Assembly (NCBI RefSeq): GCF_022539665.2
Contig: NC_081334.1
Span: 2,294,001-2,358,000, forward strand
Length of the DNA stretch: 64,000 nucleotides
DNA from: Daphnia carinata
Lineage: Eukaryota
Direction of reading: 5' to 3'
The position numbers and the translations under genes are program-made. This document shows positions 27,801 to 40,681 of the stretch, one piece after another (position 1 is the stretch's first letter; each line of letters begins with the position of its first letter). A model generated the notes under the pieces. The model searched no databases. It was not told the origin of the DNA and worked only from the letters and a program-made list of their open reading frames with translations.

Positions 27801-28980
27801 CTCCTCTCAATGTGTCCATCAACAAGTAACCACCTTTAGTTCAATATGTCAGTTACTCTCAGATTTTTGAAAGAAAGAATTAAAACATGATTGATTACCG
27901 TCTTGATCTCCTGAAGCGTCAATGGATGGACCTCCTCGGAAATAAGATGTTCGACCGGATGACAGTTGCCAAACTGGGACGTGTGATTCAATAGATCCTA
28001 CGGACTCGACGTCGGTCAGGTTCCAATCGCATCCGGTCAGCTCACGACCACGGCCAAACGAACATTGGCCTACACAACACAAGCAACGCTTAAACGATTA
28101 TCATATTATGCCATCCGTTTGGAAGGCGATTTAAATAATACTTGGTGTCATTGAAGAGGACGTCTGTCTGGCAACTCGATCCTAAACGAAAGAGAATGAA
28201 ATACGAACTCAATGAATTAAAATTCTGGTCAATCAACGCGGTCACGTTCGAATGCAACCGGTAGTTAGTCAGCGTTTTAACATTAACTATAACCTAGCAT
28301 ATCTGGGGCAGTATAATGAAACGTATCACGAGAGAGGAGGGGAAGTGTCAAGTGTGACGTCATGCAAACTTGCTTAAGCCATGGCTGTCGACAATGAGCG
28401 TGACCATCAGACCCCGCCACCGGATCTGGAGCGGAAACAATGAGAGTGGACATTTTCCTTTTCACCCCGGCAGAAATTGATTGTTATATATGATTTTTAA
28501 AAAAATTGTAATGACAGTTATGGGCGTGTCTATGATACTACCGTGTCACCATGAACAAGATCAACTCCACCCGGTAAATAAAAAAAAATTAACTAAAATT
28601 CCGTGGAGGCGCTGGCATCTACAACACGCAAAATAGCCGCCATCACCAAGAGTGTATGTCTCCTTTGTAATCAATTCTGTTTGGTATTACACTACAAAAA
28701 TGGCAAAACAAACAAATCCGCTTCAAAATAAATGTGACTCACTTCAAAGAAAAAGACCTCGATGGATATAAAAAGAAATAGTATCCCAAAGGAACATCTA
28801 AAATATGTAGCCTAAGATCCGCTCCTCTGCTAGACTGTAACATGTAAATGTTTGAGGACTTACCACTACGACGGATGAAGAATTGAATACGTCTGCTACA
28901 CGGTCCGCTGGAAGTATGTCTCCATGGCAGTGGCCAACGACGGCAAGGAAAGAGATGACCAGCAAGTATGTCTTTGACAT
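24801..28980 (-). CDS. Secreted multi-exon protein with four MAM domains
   Basis: Signal peptide MSKTYLLVISFLAVVGHCHG; four MAM starts (QCSF..CDW, HCNFDGGFCGW, DCNFEADECGW, ECNFDRDMCSW) and ends (DIAIDDVSFDPGPC, FAVDDITIYQGGC); last exon TRPKLATPIS*; no TM segment seen. TCAGTT Inr near 29233. Confidence 0.88.
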
Positions 28981-29699
28981 TTTTCCGATTCTAGGAAGGT
29001 TCGGGAAAAAAATAGAATACGTCTAGAAGCATGTCGCTCCAAATATCAACTGAGCTAGTATTTTTCTAATTCAAAGTGAAATTAAACTATAATAAGTATG
29101 AGAAAAAAAAAGAAAGGCAAAGCCAGCCAACAGTAAAATAGTAATACACAAACAAAATTTATTTACACTTGTGATGACTGAAGCGACAGGAAAACAGTGA
29201 AGGCCTGGCCCGTGATTGCAGGTAGTTATAACTGAATGAAAATGTCATTCCGCTTTTCAAATCGCCCCGCCTGTTTCTTTCACAAATTTTCGGTACCGTA
29301 ACTACAAACTCCACCTCTTTTCCCGCAACCCCTTTTTTTCCATTGTGAAAAATGTCGCTTTTGTCTGAACCTTTTAAAATAACACTTTCACTTTCATCCC
29401 TTCACTGTTTTTGCGCAAAATGTTATGTTTGCCCTTCTTCAAACATTTAAAAGGATACATTGGTTTGAAAAGCCTGGCGGCGAGGGAGCAGTTTGCATTT
29501 TTTTCGTGATCGATACCGAGACGTATGCGTTGAAGAGGGGAACGCCAGTCGTTACGGCATCGATTCGGCAAAAATATACTGTTGTATATGCGCACATGGA
29601 GCGTCGGCGTCAGACGGATCCAGCTAAGGGGAGAGGGTGGTCTAACGTGCATGACGCAGGCGAGCCGCAGTCGCTGTCGGGACACGACGCAGTTTTAAG

Positions 29700-32600
29700 A
29701 TGGCCTGCCCGATCGCATTTGGTTCCAACTTGGGATGCCGATCAGTGTTTTTTTTGTTAACGGCCATGTGTTTTTTCTTCGGTTCGTTTCGATTTGTTTT
29801 CGGTCTAAATCCGATGACCGACCGCTCCCTGCCGTCCGAGGCCATGTGAGTTTTTTCGGCCACTCTTTTTTATTCTCGTTCATTCCCGCCACTGTCGGTT
29901 TTATTGCACTCGACTTGATCCGCTTTGACCTTCAATGGCTCTCTTCGCTTCCTACCATGTAGACGACTAATCACCAACTAAGAGAAAAGCACGTTACAAA
30001 GAAATGATGCGTTCGTTTAAAAAAGGAAAACCGTGTATTTAAGTTCTAGGACACACGAATATCCGTGACGACTTCTTTGTTATTACTGTCATTTTTTTCG
30101 GGGTTATTGATTTTTAGACACACCAAAGGATTGCATGTTGGATTTCAAGCGTAATCTAGAGCCCCGACTATGCACTAGCTTTTATGTTGGGGAGCCGAAA
30201 AGAGACGCCACATGCTATATGAACTATCGCACCGTTTTCTGGCCTACTTTCAGTGTACACAATGTATTTTGGATCTTATCCACCAAACATAACCCTTCTT
30301 TTTTCAAGAGGATACGTTCTTCTTTCTTGTCCAAAGCGGCGCCCTTCTTTGTCAGGGGCGATATTCTGGAAAAATAAGGTCGTTTATCTGATAGTAAGTT
30401 TGATCGTGCGAGGATCCAGCTTTTCGTCGAAATCCAGCCGAGCTTTCGCACCTACAATAAAATATTTGAAACCTTTAAAACGACAAATTTACATTACGGT
30501 GCCGTAAAAACAGGGATCATACGTTTAAAGCACGCTGTCTAGAGAGACACAGAGTCTTGAATGCTTCCATTAAGATCAACATGTTCAACGGTTTATTCCA
30601 CGTAAAAAAGTTTACAATAATTTTTCTGGGTTGCTTTACAACAAAAAAAAAAAAAAGCTTATTTGGAACACAAAACAATTTTTTTTTTTTTTTTTTTACA
30701 TTTTGAAGGGTAAACGAGCAGTCGATTTATGAAAGAACGCTTTTTGTGCGAACAAGGAATAAGGCTGTTATTCGTGACGAGGCCGCTTATGGAACGTTGT
30801 ATTTCTCGACTTGGGATCTATGGCTGCGCTAGTTAGACGCAGTCCTTTGCAGATTGCCTGCGTAATTAAAGATAATTGTTTGATCTACTGTGTTAATATT
30901 TTACGGAGACATTTTAGCCAACGTACCTGCCACGTCTCTTTGTCTAGAGACAATATCAGTTGTTTTTTGCTCACTGACGTTTGAGACATAGTTTCACGAT
31001 GCCTTCTATTTACAACACTTAATGACGGCAAACCATTCTCACCGTCTGCGATTAGAATTATGTAGTGAACGAATAATGTGCTAATTTTAGGCATGGGCGA
31101 TAAAAATGTTTACCTTCGTCAATGGCGACGAAACCATCTTTGATTAAAAAACTAACGTAGAAAATGTTCTCTACCGAATTGGAGAATGAGGTAGGATCCA
31201 TAACGAAACGGTAAAAAGAAATAGGTTTCCTGTCGTTCGCCTTGAACTCTTTTACCAAGCAAGACATGATATACTCAACATGCTTAGCCACTTTACTGTT
31301 TTGATCTTCTTCCGAAATTTCGGTTAACTTTTTTGGCTGCAACTGCTGGGCAACGACCTAATATTTAAAAAAATTATAAATTTACGTGGGGCAATGAAAG
31401 GTATCAGTCATTTGGATATACTTTTTCTTGAGTGCGGGGTTGTCGTTGGCGTGGTTCTTTGCGAACAGCCTCTACATTGGTAAATGTAAGAGCACCAAGT
31501 AAAGGTTTTAAAGGAACACAGTGATTGAAATGAGGTTGAATCATGTTGTCTAATTTAACCTTTGTGGTTTCATTGAGTGATTCAGACTGACTGCTCTCTT
31601 CGACGTTCATTAATCTTACCTATAAAAAGATAAAATGATTAGCCTTTGGCATTCAAATTTGAATTAAATGGTCATACAATCCTGTTGGCAAAATCAGCGG
31701 CTCTGAAAGTCCAACTACTGGCAGCAACTCTCCTTATCCTCTGATGATTGATGGTAGCAAGCTTGCAAAAAGCAATCATGTCCAGCCTTGCTTGGGACAC
31801 ATCAACAGCTTTATCATTATCTCCGCCTTTGACATCTGCAACAGAAATATTTTTTAGTGATCAAATCGAGATTGATTAGAACTTGACTTACATTCTGTAA
31901 AGATTTCATCCAGCAAAGCAATTTTCTTATCAAGAGAAGTGTTTCCAGGTTCAGTAAGGTTCAGGTTGTCCACTGTCACCAACAAAGTATTGATATTAGA
32001 TAAACATAGACAAAAGAAGCCACAAATCACAACTCACAGTTGAGGTCCTCAATTATTTGTTGAATTTGCATTCGGGCATCTGCCTCCATTTCACCAACAG
32101 ATTGTCGGTGTTCCGCTGCCATCCCTTTCGTTTTTAAGCATCGGTTTTTGAAGGAAACAGAAAAAAATTGGTTTCTGATCACAACCTACACTTTCAAACT
32201 CACCCATACATTTGTTCTCGTTTCATGTCACCTATGATGGTCAAGGCGGGAACCGACTAACTTGCCACCTGGTGACTTTTCAAACCATATCTGTCTAAAA
32301 AGCGGTGGTACTCAGTGCTGCACCAAGTGAATCAACAATGCACTAGAACTGGCACAGTGTGATCCGTTGTAGTTGACACATCTAAGTTAAAAAAAAAAAA
32401 CTATATAAATAATATCAGATCATTTTCGGGACAACTCTGTAAATTATTTTAACATTGATAATCAAGTAATTAATTTCGCGATTTGACTGGAAAGCCTGCA
32501 GTGTCATATTCCAACAATGGAGATGTTATATTAAAGCATTTTTAAAGCAGAAAAGAATGGGCGATAGGCCTAGGCCACTGTAGATGAAAAATCTCTCCTT

Positions 32601-35600
32601 CCCCCTAAAATTTCGAAAAATACACCAGTGGTGTGACCTTAAGACTGTAGAAATAGATTCTTTAGAAAGGCACATTAGAAAATTTTCTTTTCGTGGCAAA
32701 ATGCGCCCATTATTCAAGTTACCGATAATAACTCTACCTTTTCGGTGACACCCTCCTGGTGAAACATTTTACCTCAAGTGGTCACGTTGTCAGGACTGTT
32801 TACGAGATTCGGTTTTCTACGGTAAAATCAATGTTTAGAAAAATAAACATCGTTACAAAGTTTTCCTGTATTTCAAACTAATGTTATGTCTCTAAAGCAT
32901 GAACCAAGCAAAGATAATTAACGTTTAACGAGAATGTTGGTACATTTGCAGGATCCATGACCTTGGATTACGGATAAGTCAAGGCCTGATCAACCTCATT
33001 AATGAAGCAAGTGGTAAAAATGAACTGTCAAAAAGATACGACAGCCAAAACGCGTTCTTTCTGGAGCCAGTACACGGGGAAGATGTTTTGGAGGAGGCCA
33101 TAGAAAAACTGGAGCCCATGTTTCAGCGTCGAATTCGAGCCGTCGAGGTAGGTCACTCTTCATCAACCGTTGAATGCGAGTATAGCCTTTTCGTTTCGAT
33201 TGAAAGGACATAACCATTAGAGCCGAAGAACTTGCGATGGCCCACGAATACGACGAACAACCTCAATCCAATCAAGTGCAGTTCATCAACGGAAAGGAAT
33301 GGGACGATCCTGCATTGAACGATTCTTCTATGGTGAATGCCTCACAGTTCGGCCACGCTTTCTTCGTTAATACTAACTCCTCTGCTGTTCACCTGCCACT
33401 TCACACCTACGAAGGCTGTAAGTAACCATTTGGAATTGGGCCTAGTACCTTTAAGGCGACAACGAATTATTTCTCGTGCGCTATCTCCCGTGTAAAAACT
33501 TCAATCCCATAGACGTAGCTTTACTAGCTGCCAATGTTCTCTTAATCGTAACGCTGCCATGAGTGGCGTTACGTCATATAGTAACAGAGAGCTCTTGCCA
33601 AAATAACATTCAGTGGCTTTTTTTTTACGTTGCTCAGTAGTATTTTAAAGGAATGCACCACGCAGTAGTGTATTTATACTAGTCTTTCTTGGCACTCGTT
33701 TGGTTATGATGCGTGAAAAACATCAATTGTCTCGTTGTCATATCTTCTCACACTTGTCCTGCATATTGATATGACAGGATGTAATGAGAAAAAAATGTTT
33801 CCGCCCACATTCCAAGAAAACAAATTATCGTTGGTTGTCCCCATCATCCTGATGGTAAAAAAAAAAACTCATTTTGCTACTGACAGCTGAAATGAGTCAA
33901 TTTCCCTTGAGTCTCAAGTAAAATATGCTAAATGTTTAAGATCCAAACTCTCGAAGTGACATGGTTGAGATATTCAATGTTATCATTGTAATCCATAGTT
34001 TTTTGTTATTGGCATCTACATCGTTAAATTTCATGTTTTAGGGATGTGGCATCGATTCAAACCCGTCTGGTATGAGGGTAAGTTTGATATTTCTTGGATT
34101 ATACAACCCAGTTCTTTGTTTCACGTTAGTTCTGAGTCTTGTTTTAATATTAACAGATGTAGACACAATAAATGCAATGATGTGGACTGACCGGCTAGAC
34201 GACATTTTCGCTGAAAATCTCAAACGGGACCCTTCCATCTACCAGTACTTTGCCAGTAAAGAAGGCGTCCTTCGCTATTTCCCTGCTCATAGGTACCACA
34301 TTTCATAGATTTCAAGTATAGAATAAAACTGGTATGCAATAAATGCCGAACGTTTCTTATCGCAATGAACTCACGCAGATGGAGAACTCACGTCAATCAG
34401 CACGACAATTTCGATGCTCGTCAACGGCCGTGGTTTACTCAAAGTATTTCGTCTGCAAAGGATCTTTTAATTTTAATAGACGTGTGAGTTACACGTACAA
34501 AACATATTTTACTTCATCCAACTTACGATTTTCCGTCCATGATCTCTAATTTAGGAGTGGCAGTATTCACGGCCCTACGTTTGAAATCCTGAAAATAACA
34601 GTAAAACGATTATTGGGCACTCTTACCCAGCACGACTATTTCAATGTTCTTCAGGTATTTATTTCTTTGTTGTCGTGTCTTTCTTAAAACGTTACTAGTG
34701 ATTTGTTGTAAACAACAGTTCAACGAGACGGTATCATGGCTTCTGCCTTGTTCTGAATCGTTAATGCCGGCCACTACTAGAAATAAGCGGCTTATCTATC
34801 AGGCACTAGACCATATCGTACCGTCCGGTAAAGCCAGTTTTGCCAATGCCCTTAATTTCACGTATCACTACATTCTAGAGGTATGTTTAAGCTCTCCGTT
34901 TGCTCACCACACGTCTTTGAAATTCTTGTTTCAATGAACTGTAAATAACACGTTCTTTTTTACAAATCCAAGTTGGATGACTCCCGGAATAGTAAACAAA
35001 CATCCGGCTTGGACAGCAGCAATTGCCATCTGGCAGTTGTACTTATAAGCGATGGCGGTACGGAATTCCCGGCAGATCAAGTCGAAATGATCACCAATAA
35101 TTCGGTGACGAGGCAAACACGTTTATTCACGCTTGCGGTTGGGCCGGTAAAAAGAAAAACTAAACAGACTTTAACTTTAAGGACAAAGCGAATGTTTTTA
35201 TTGATTGTTAAAATTAAATTAGCATCCAATTCCGACTCTCAATTTGCGAAACATCTCGTGTTCAACTAACGCTTTTCATGGAGCCATCCTGACTTACGGC
35301 GCCATCCAAAGCAAAGTCCAGGTAAAATTTCATTTTGCTTCTTCGTTTGATCAAAGAAAATATGTTGACTTGATATATTTATGCGTGCCAATGTTAATTC
35401 TACAATTATAGGGTTATTTGCAAGTACTCAGCCGACCACTGGCGCTTTCGCAAGATAGTTCGCTCATTTCTTGGAGCTTACCTTACCAAGACGCCGCAGT
35501 AACTTAACATTTCATTTAACTACCATGCGAATTTTGAAGCCCGTTTTGTGAACATGAAAGTCCATATCAAGTTTAACCATTTCAGGGTTCTGGAACAGTG

Positions 35601-38037
35601 GTGACCGTCTCCAAACCCGTTTTTCATCGAGGTGAAAATGTGAGAATTCCTGTTTAAAGAACTAATTACGTGGAGTTATCTTTAATAACGTATTTGCTAA
35701 CATTCTACGTAAACAGCTGAGCCAATCACTGCTCGGCGTAGCTGGAGTAGATATACCAATATCCAGTTTCGATGTGGCCCTACCAGATTCACAACTGGGT
35801 TTTGGCGGCCACAAAATGGTAGTGATGGGTGGCACAGGTAACGTCGTACATCATTCCCAACTGGAAACGCAAAATTCCTACATTGAGGTGTGACTTAGAA
35901 TTTTTGTTCCACACAAACTTGTTTATAACCCACATCATTCAACTATAGGATCCACCAATTGTGGATTACGAAGATCTGGAGCCCGTGGGAGAATGGTCAG
36001 ATTCGTTACGTCAACAGTTGCTCGATAGAAAAACGGGATCGCAATCGTACAATTCGACCACGCTCACCCCTGACGACGCTTACCTTATCCATCAGCGGCG
36101 TACGTGGCATTTCCGACCGATATCCAAAACCGCCTACACGTACATGAAAATTTTAAAACAATTCAACGTAATACTCAACTTATTCTTTTTATGCTGTATC
36201 AATGGCAGATTGGCGGTATCAATTAGCGAAGGTGCTAATATCATCGTTCCCAACCTAGAGCTGCAGGGGAAGGTGTTGTGGAACAATCAAACTATTACTA
36301 GGGCAGCTCCATGGGAATTTTGTAATAATCTACGGGCCTTCACGAATTATACAAGTAAATGCATCTAGAATAACTTAACTATCGTACGGGGAATGACACA
36401 TAACCGATGTATTTTTTACAATAAGATCAGCGAGAAACTGCTGATTATTTTGGCCAATTGAGCCAGCGATTTGAGCGTGGCGGTGAGGGCTGTGATCAGT
36501 CTGCATTGAGCCATTTGCTGTGGGATTTAGAGATGACGATGAACGTGTCTCAAATGTGGACGACGACACCTGATCGCCGCGTCCATTCGCGTTTCGTGTC
36601 AACCACTGGCGGTGTCACGCGGACGGAAACTCGAACGTAAAATCCTTTTCGTTCAAATTGATTGAGAACGATTGATTTTTCATTCCGATCCTTCGGTTTT
36701 AATTAGACGGGCTTACCTCCAGGAAGATTTGGCTGATCCGCGAAATAGTTCTCTCTTTCTTCGGTTGGCGCATTCAAGAGATGCTTCCATTTTGATCCGT
36801 CCTCCATTGAGTCGTAGTGAAGATTACCTAGTTGCCGCTAAAATATCGTCGAAGGAGCAGTTCTTAGCGGTAGCAGGAGCTCTGGTTGGTAAAGAGACCG
36901 TCCACACGATCTGGAAAAACGCTGTTGAAGCATTCAACATCAGTGACGAGCTACACCTCTACTGGTTGGACGAAGGTGGCTACATCATTGCAACCAATCA
37001 AATCAACGTTTCTCCAGGAACTTTTATTGGTTCCAGCAATGCTGATCCTCAGGTCTGTTCCCTCTTTAAATTCATTTTCAGGAAATAAGAGCATTGCATA
37101 TTTTCTACAGTTGATGCAAGCATTGACATTTGATCCGGATCCAATCTACGAGCGCAATACCATCGTGAAAAGGGCTGTTAACTGTCCAGTCTTCGTGAAA
37201 GCTGCCCCTATTTCATCTGCTTCCATTTTCGCTGCTAGATGGGTTTCGAACTTGACTACCACTCTGCTCGGCATAGCGCAAGTTATCTACTCCTTTTCCG
37301 CCAATCTTTTATGGGCTGGCGTAACGTCAGGTAAAGCTACTTAACCGAATGGCAAACAAATCAAAACTGATTCGCAATGATCTCGTTTGCATATGCAGCA
37401 ACATTCCAAGCCGAAATGGAGCTTGAGAAACTCAGACCTGCTCGCGTAGATACGCATCTCTGCTCTAAAGAATATATCCTTTACCAATTGCAAACATCGC
37501 AACAAAGACTGTTCAATTTGTCGTGTTCCACGTAAGTTTTTATTGATCTCAAAATAACATAGCAGTTCATAAACAATAAACAATATTGAATAGATTGTGC
37601 GCCGGAGATAACAGCACGATGCGAGAGATAATGATTCATCCGATGTTGGACAGCAGTTCGTTGTTGATCGCTGCCACAGCCCCGTGTCGCTGTAAAGCTC
37701 GAACTTTCCAGCACGGCCTGGCTCGTGGTAAGTAGCCCAGGAATATTGCAGTTCGTTATATGTGAAATCTGAAATTTTTATGTGTTTAGTGGAAGACGAT
37801 ATGGAAAAATGCCAATTCAATCGACGGTATCACAAATCGTCAGAGCATTGCTACGCCAGCGATCCGCGGGTATATACAATGGAAAGATAGAATATCGATT
37901 GGTAAGATATTACATTCAATGTTGCTGCCTATTTACAGGAAAATTCGCTTGAATGTTCTGGCTATTCGCTGCATAATCCGGCGCTTATGTTCCCTTCGAT
38001 GATCTTCATCTTTTTCGTCGTTTTGATTCTTCGCTGA
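29700..38037 (+). CDS. Voltage-gated calcium channel alpha2-delta subunit (about 21 exons, roughly 1050 aa)
   Basis: Exon 1 29700-29845 (signal-like, ends LPSEAM) splices in phase to 32952 (IHDLGLRISQGL); VNTNSSAVHLP, YQYFASKEGVLRYFPA, FDARQRPWF, VWA MIDAS DVSGS, LISDGG, LLGVAGVDIP, LDEGGYII; hydrophobic GPI-type C-terminus ECSG..FIFFVVLILR*. Confidence 0.9.
30224..30582 (-). CDS. Possible two-exon orphan ORF, 95 aa (exons 30582-30523, 30451-30224)
   Basis: 71-nt intron GTATGA..TTTTATTGTAG joins an ATG-initiated 20-codon exon in frame to the 75-aa ORF; basic protein with no recognisable motif. Confidence 0.25.
30768..32122 (-). CDS. NSMCE4A: SMC5/6 kleisin NSE4 (NSE4/EID family), multi-exon, nested in alpha2-delta intron 1
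   Basis: Nse4 C-terminal signature ISFYRFVMDPTSFSNSVENIFYVSFLIKDGFVAI..KQLILSLDKETWQ, plus PLLGAL; ATG at 32122, stop at 30768 after spliced exons. Confidence 0.88.
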
Positions 38038-39746
38038 AGAAAAACATCGCACTACACCCTATATTTTCAAGAAACCAGCGGCGGAGTTGTTCTTAAATTA
38101 TTAGTATTTCATGCAATTCACTGATTATACATGCTTTTTTTAAATGATGGGAAAAGGAAGAGGAAGATAGGGAAAAAGAGAAAAAAAAGGGCGCGCCTTA
38201 TATATTTATCTCTGAATTGGGAATTTTGTTAGTCTATTCTCTGGCTGGATATCCCCCAGCTATTCTCCGAAGTTGCAATACTTTGTCCACTTTGTTTTTA
38301 ACCTTGTAACAAAATTTGAGATTTTTTAGGAAACGTTGTCGTTCTAGTCATTTGTTAGACTGCTAGAAAAAATAAATTCATTTGGGCAGTATTTATTGGG
38401 CCAGCCACTGCGATCGGTTCCCCGAATTCGCTTTTTCCACGTTACATAATCAGAAAAGCTGGCAATAATTGTATTGTACTACATTTGAAATGAGTGAAAC
38501 GTGCGATTGAATTCATCAAATTTTATGCAGCGCATTCAGTTTCCAAAGTCAATGGAAATAATATCTTCCGTGCGCTTAAAAATAGCAACCCATGACTTGA
38601 CAAGGCGTGTAACACCCTTAAAAATAAACATTCTTCGCAATTCAAGACATTTTCAAAATCAAAATAAGATGCGCAATACAACCACCAAAAAAAGGAATGG
38701 TAAATGGTCTTTTTATTTCAAAGAAGTGACAAGGGGTGGGATAGACCTGACACATAGGTGGAACTGATGTTTTAAACTGTAGAATCGCAGCTGGTTTGCG
38801 ATCAAATTTGGCTCGCGACATCTTCGTCTGCTGGATAGCGATATCACTTATCAATAATGATGGAACCCATAAAAATAAATTACTTCCCAAAATCAAATAA
38901 TCTATTACCATTCCACGAATTTCAAACGTGTTAGATGTCATTTTCACAATCAACTCTGCATGTTTATTACTATCTCCAACGTCAGCGTACATTAAATTTA
39001 AATAGAACTAAATTCAGCAGGTATACTATAACAGTATAGTTAGAAATCATTGGAATGACTAAATCTTGGAGGGAAGATAGAAGCGAATAGATTCAAAACG
39101 TATGGCCGTGTATATAAGAATGTCACAGCCATCGATCAAGCCATCTGTTGTTAATGGCAAACCGAGGCGTTTCAGCTGTTCTTTGTCACATGCTTTAAAC
39201 AAGAAAACAGCTAGCCAACACATTCTTTTGCATGAAGGTCGTCGTGTAAACGTTGGCTTTGGTATGAAATCGAAAAACGGAGGCAATAAGCTCGGGTTCT
39301 CACATTATTTTGAACTTCTTAATGGCCTGGTTGAAGAAGAATGTTGCATCCATTTGAACGAACGTTCGTTTTTGAATCTTAAATAAAAAAAGAACTGTGT
39401 AACGTAAAGGGGGAAATCATTGTATTGCTGATCAAAGGTTCATCATGAAATCCACTACATATTCAAATGTAAAAGACAACAATGTTTTAAAAAAAATTCT
39501 CCGTTGCTTGGTTTCTCCTCTTCTGTTTCTGGAACTTTTGCTTTCTACCGCGCCTCATACATATCAAAATAACATTCATCTTCTTTAAAAATGTTTTCCA
39601 AGATAGGCTCCAAAATACACACGAAAAAAGGGGAAGTTTTAAAAGATAAAAATTGTAAACATCAAAAGCCGCCAAATAGAAATGATCAGAAAAAAAAAAT
39701 TAATCAAGTGAAAAAAGGCATCTACTTTTGATCGAACTAAAAAAAA

Positions 39747-40559
39747 TTATTTGTTGAGGATGATTTTTCGGCCAGCGCCCATATTCTGGCCAGCCTGGGT
39801 AGCTCCTTTGTTTGTTCCAGCTTGGAGACCAATGGCAGTTTTACCAGCCGCAATAACATCATCGGAGAACTCACGTTTGTTTTCTTCAGCAGGCTTGGGG
39901 CCCAACCACGGTCCGGGCCATTCTGGATGTTTGTATGTCTGTTATGTACGACAGAAATAGAAAATAATAATAATAAAAACAAAACGGTTGGGTGTTAAAA
40001 AGAAAGGCGGAGATGAAGGTATAAACATGAAAACTTTCGGAAAGGGTGGTCATAATACTACTAACCGTTCTGCCTAGGGCAAAGATGGTGGTAGTAACTT
40101 GGGAAATGTCTTTCTTCTCCCAGAGATCGACTGTTTGGAAAACGTCTAATTCAGCTACTCCGTACGCCATGATCGCCTTCTGGAACCTAATGAAATCAAA
40201 ATTGCAGAAGGTATATGATAAGTGATGGTGTTGAAAGAGTCCTATAGCAATTTCATACTTTTGGATGTTCTCCATCAGCTTGAATTGGGCGCCGGATGTG
40301 TTAATCTTGGGGACTGATCCAGGTGCCAATTTGTTGATAAGCTGGCAAAGGATCTGGCCATCACGAAGAGCGTCCTCGTACGGGGCTTGGAACTTCTCAC
40401 CTAAAATCGTTTCGATCCATTCCTGAGCTTCACGCTCCTCTTCGGCATTGCGCTTGGCGAAAATCTAAATCAGATAATCCCGAGGTGTGAGAAAAATGTT
40501 GGTCGGACAAGAACAAATGTTCCAATAGATACCTTAGCTTGAACTTGTCTTTGCAACAT
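39747..40559 (-). CDS. Mp20: Muscle-specific protein 20 / transgelin-calponin family, four exons
   Basis: MLQRQVQAK|IFAKRNAEEEREAQEWIE..LRDGQILCQLINKLAPGSVPKIN..FKLMENIQKF..DVFQTVDLWEKKDI..WLGPKP..IGLQAGTNKGATQAGQNMGAGRKII. Confidence 0.93.
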
Positions 40560-40653
40560 TTTTCTTGTTCGTTTGAGTTAAGAGTCGAGATGCTCAGCTG
40601 TGAGGATATGAGCGAGTTAGTTCTCGTAACTTGAAAGCCCACCAACTGATGAT

Positions 40654-40681
40654 TGCAAGACGTGGGGCTATCACTTAAATA
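40654..40681 (-). promoter_or_regulatory. TATA-like box and Inr of Mp20
   Basis: Minus-strand TATTTAA (40681-40675) and TCAGTT (40659-40654), about 100 nt before the ATG; spacing slightly short. Confidence 0.45.

Noticed and set aside
32586..32745. Alternative first exon for alpha2-delta (MRPLFKLPIITLPFR|)
   Set aside because: Phase fits, but the donor is weak and there is no signal peptide; 29700-29845 fits better.
38501..39386. Overlapping ORFs between alpha2-delta and Mp20
   Set aside because: No motifs or consistent splicing; likely UTR or intergenic.
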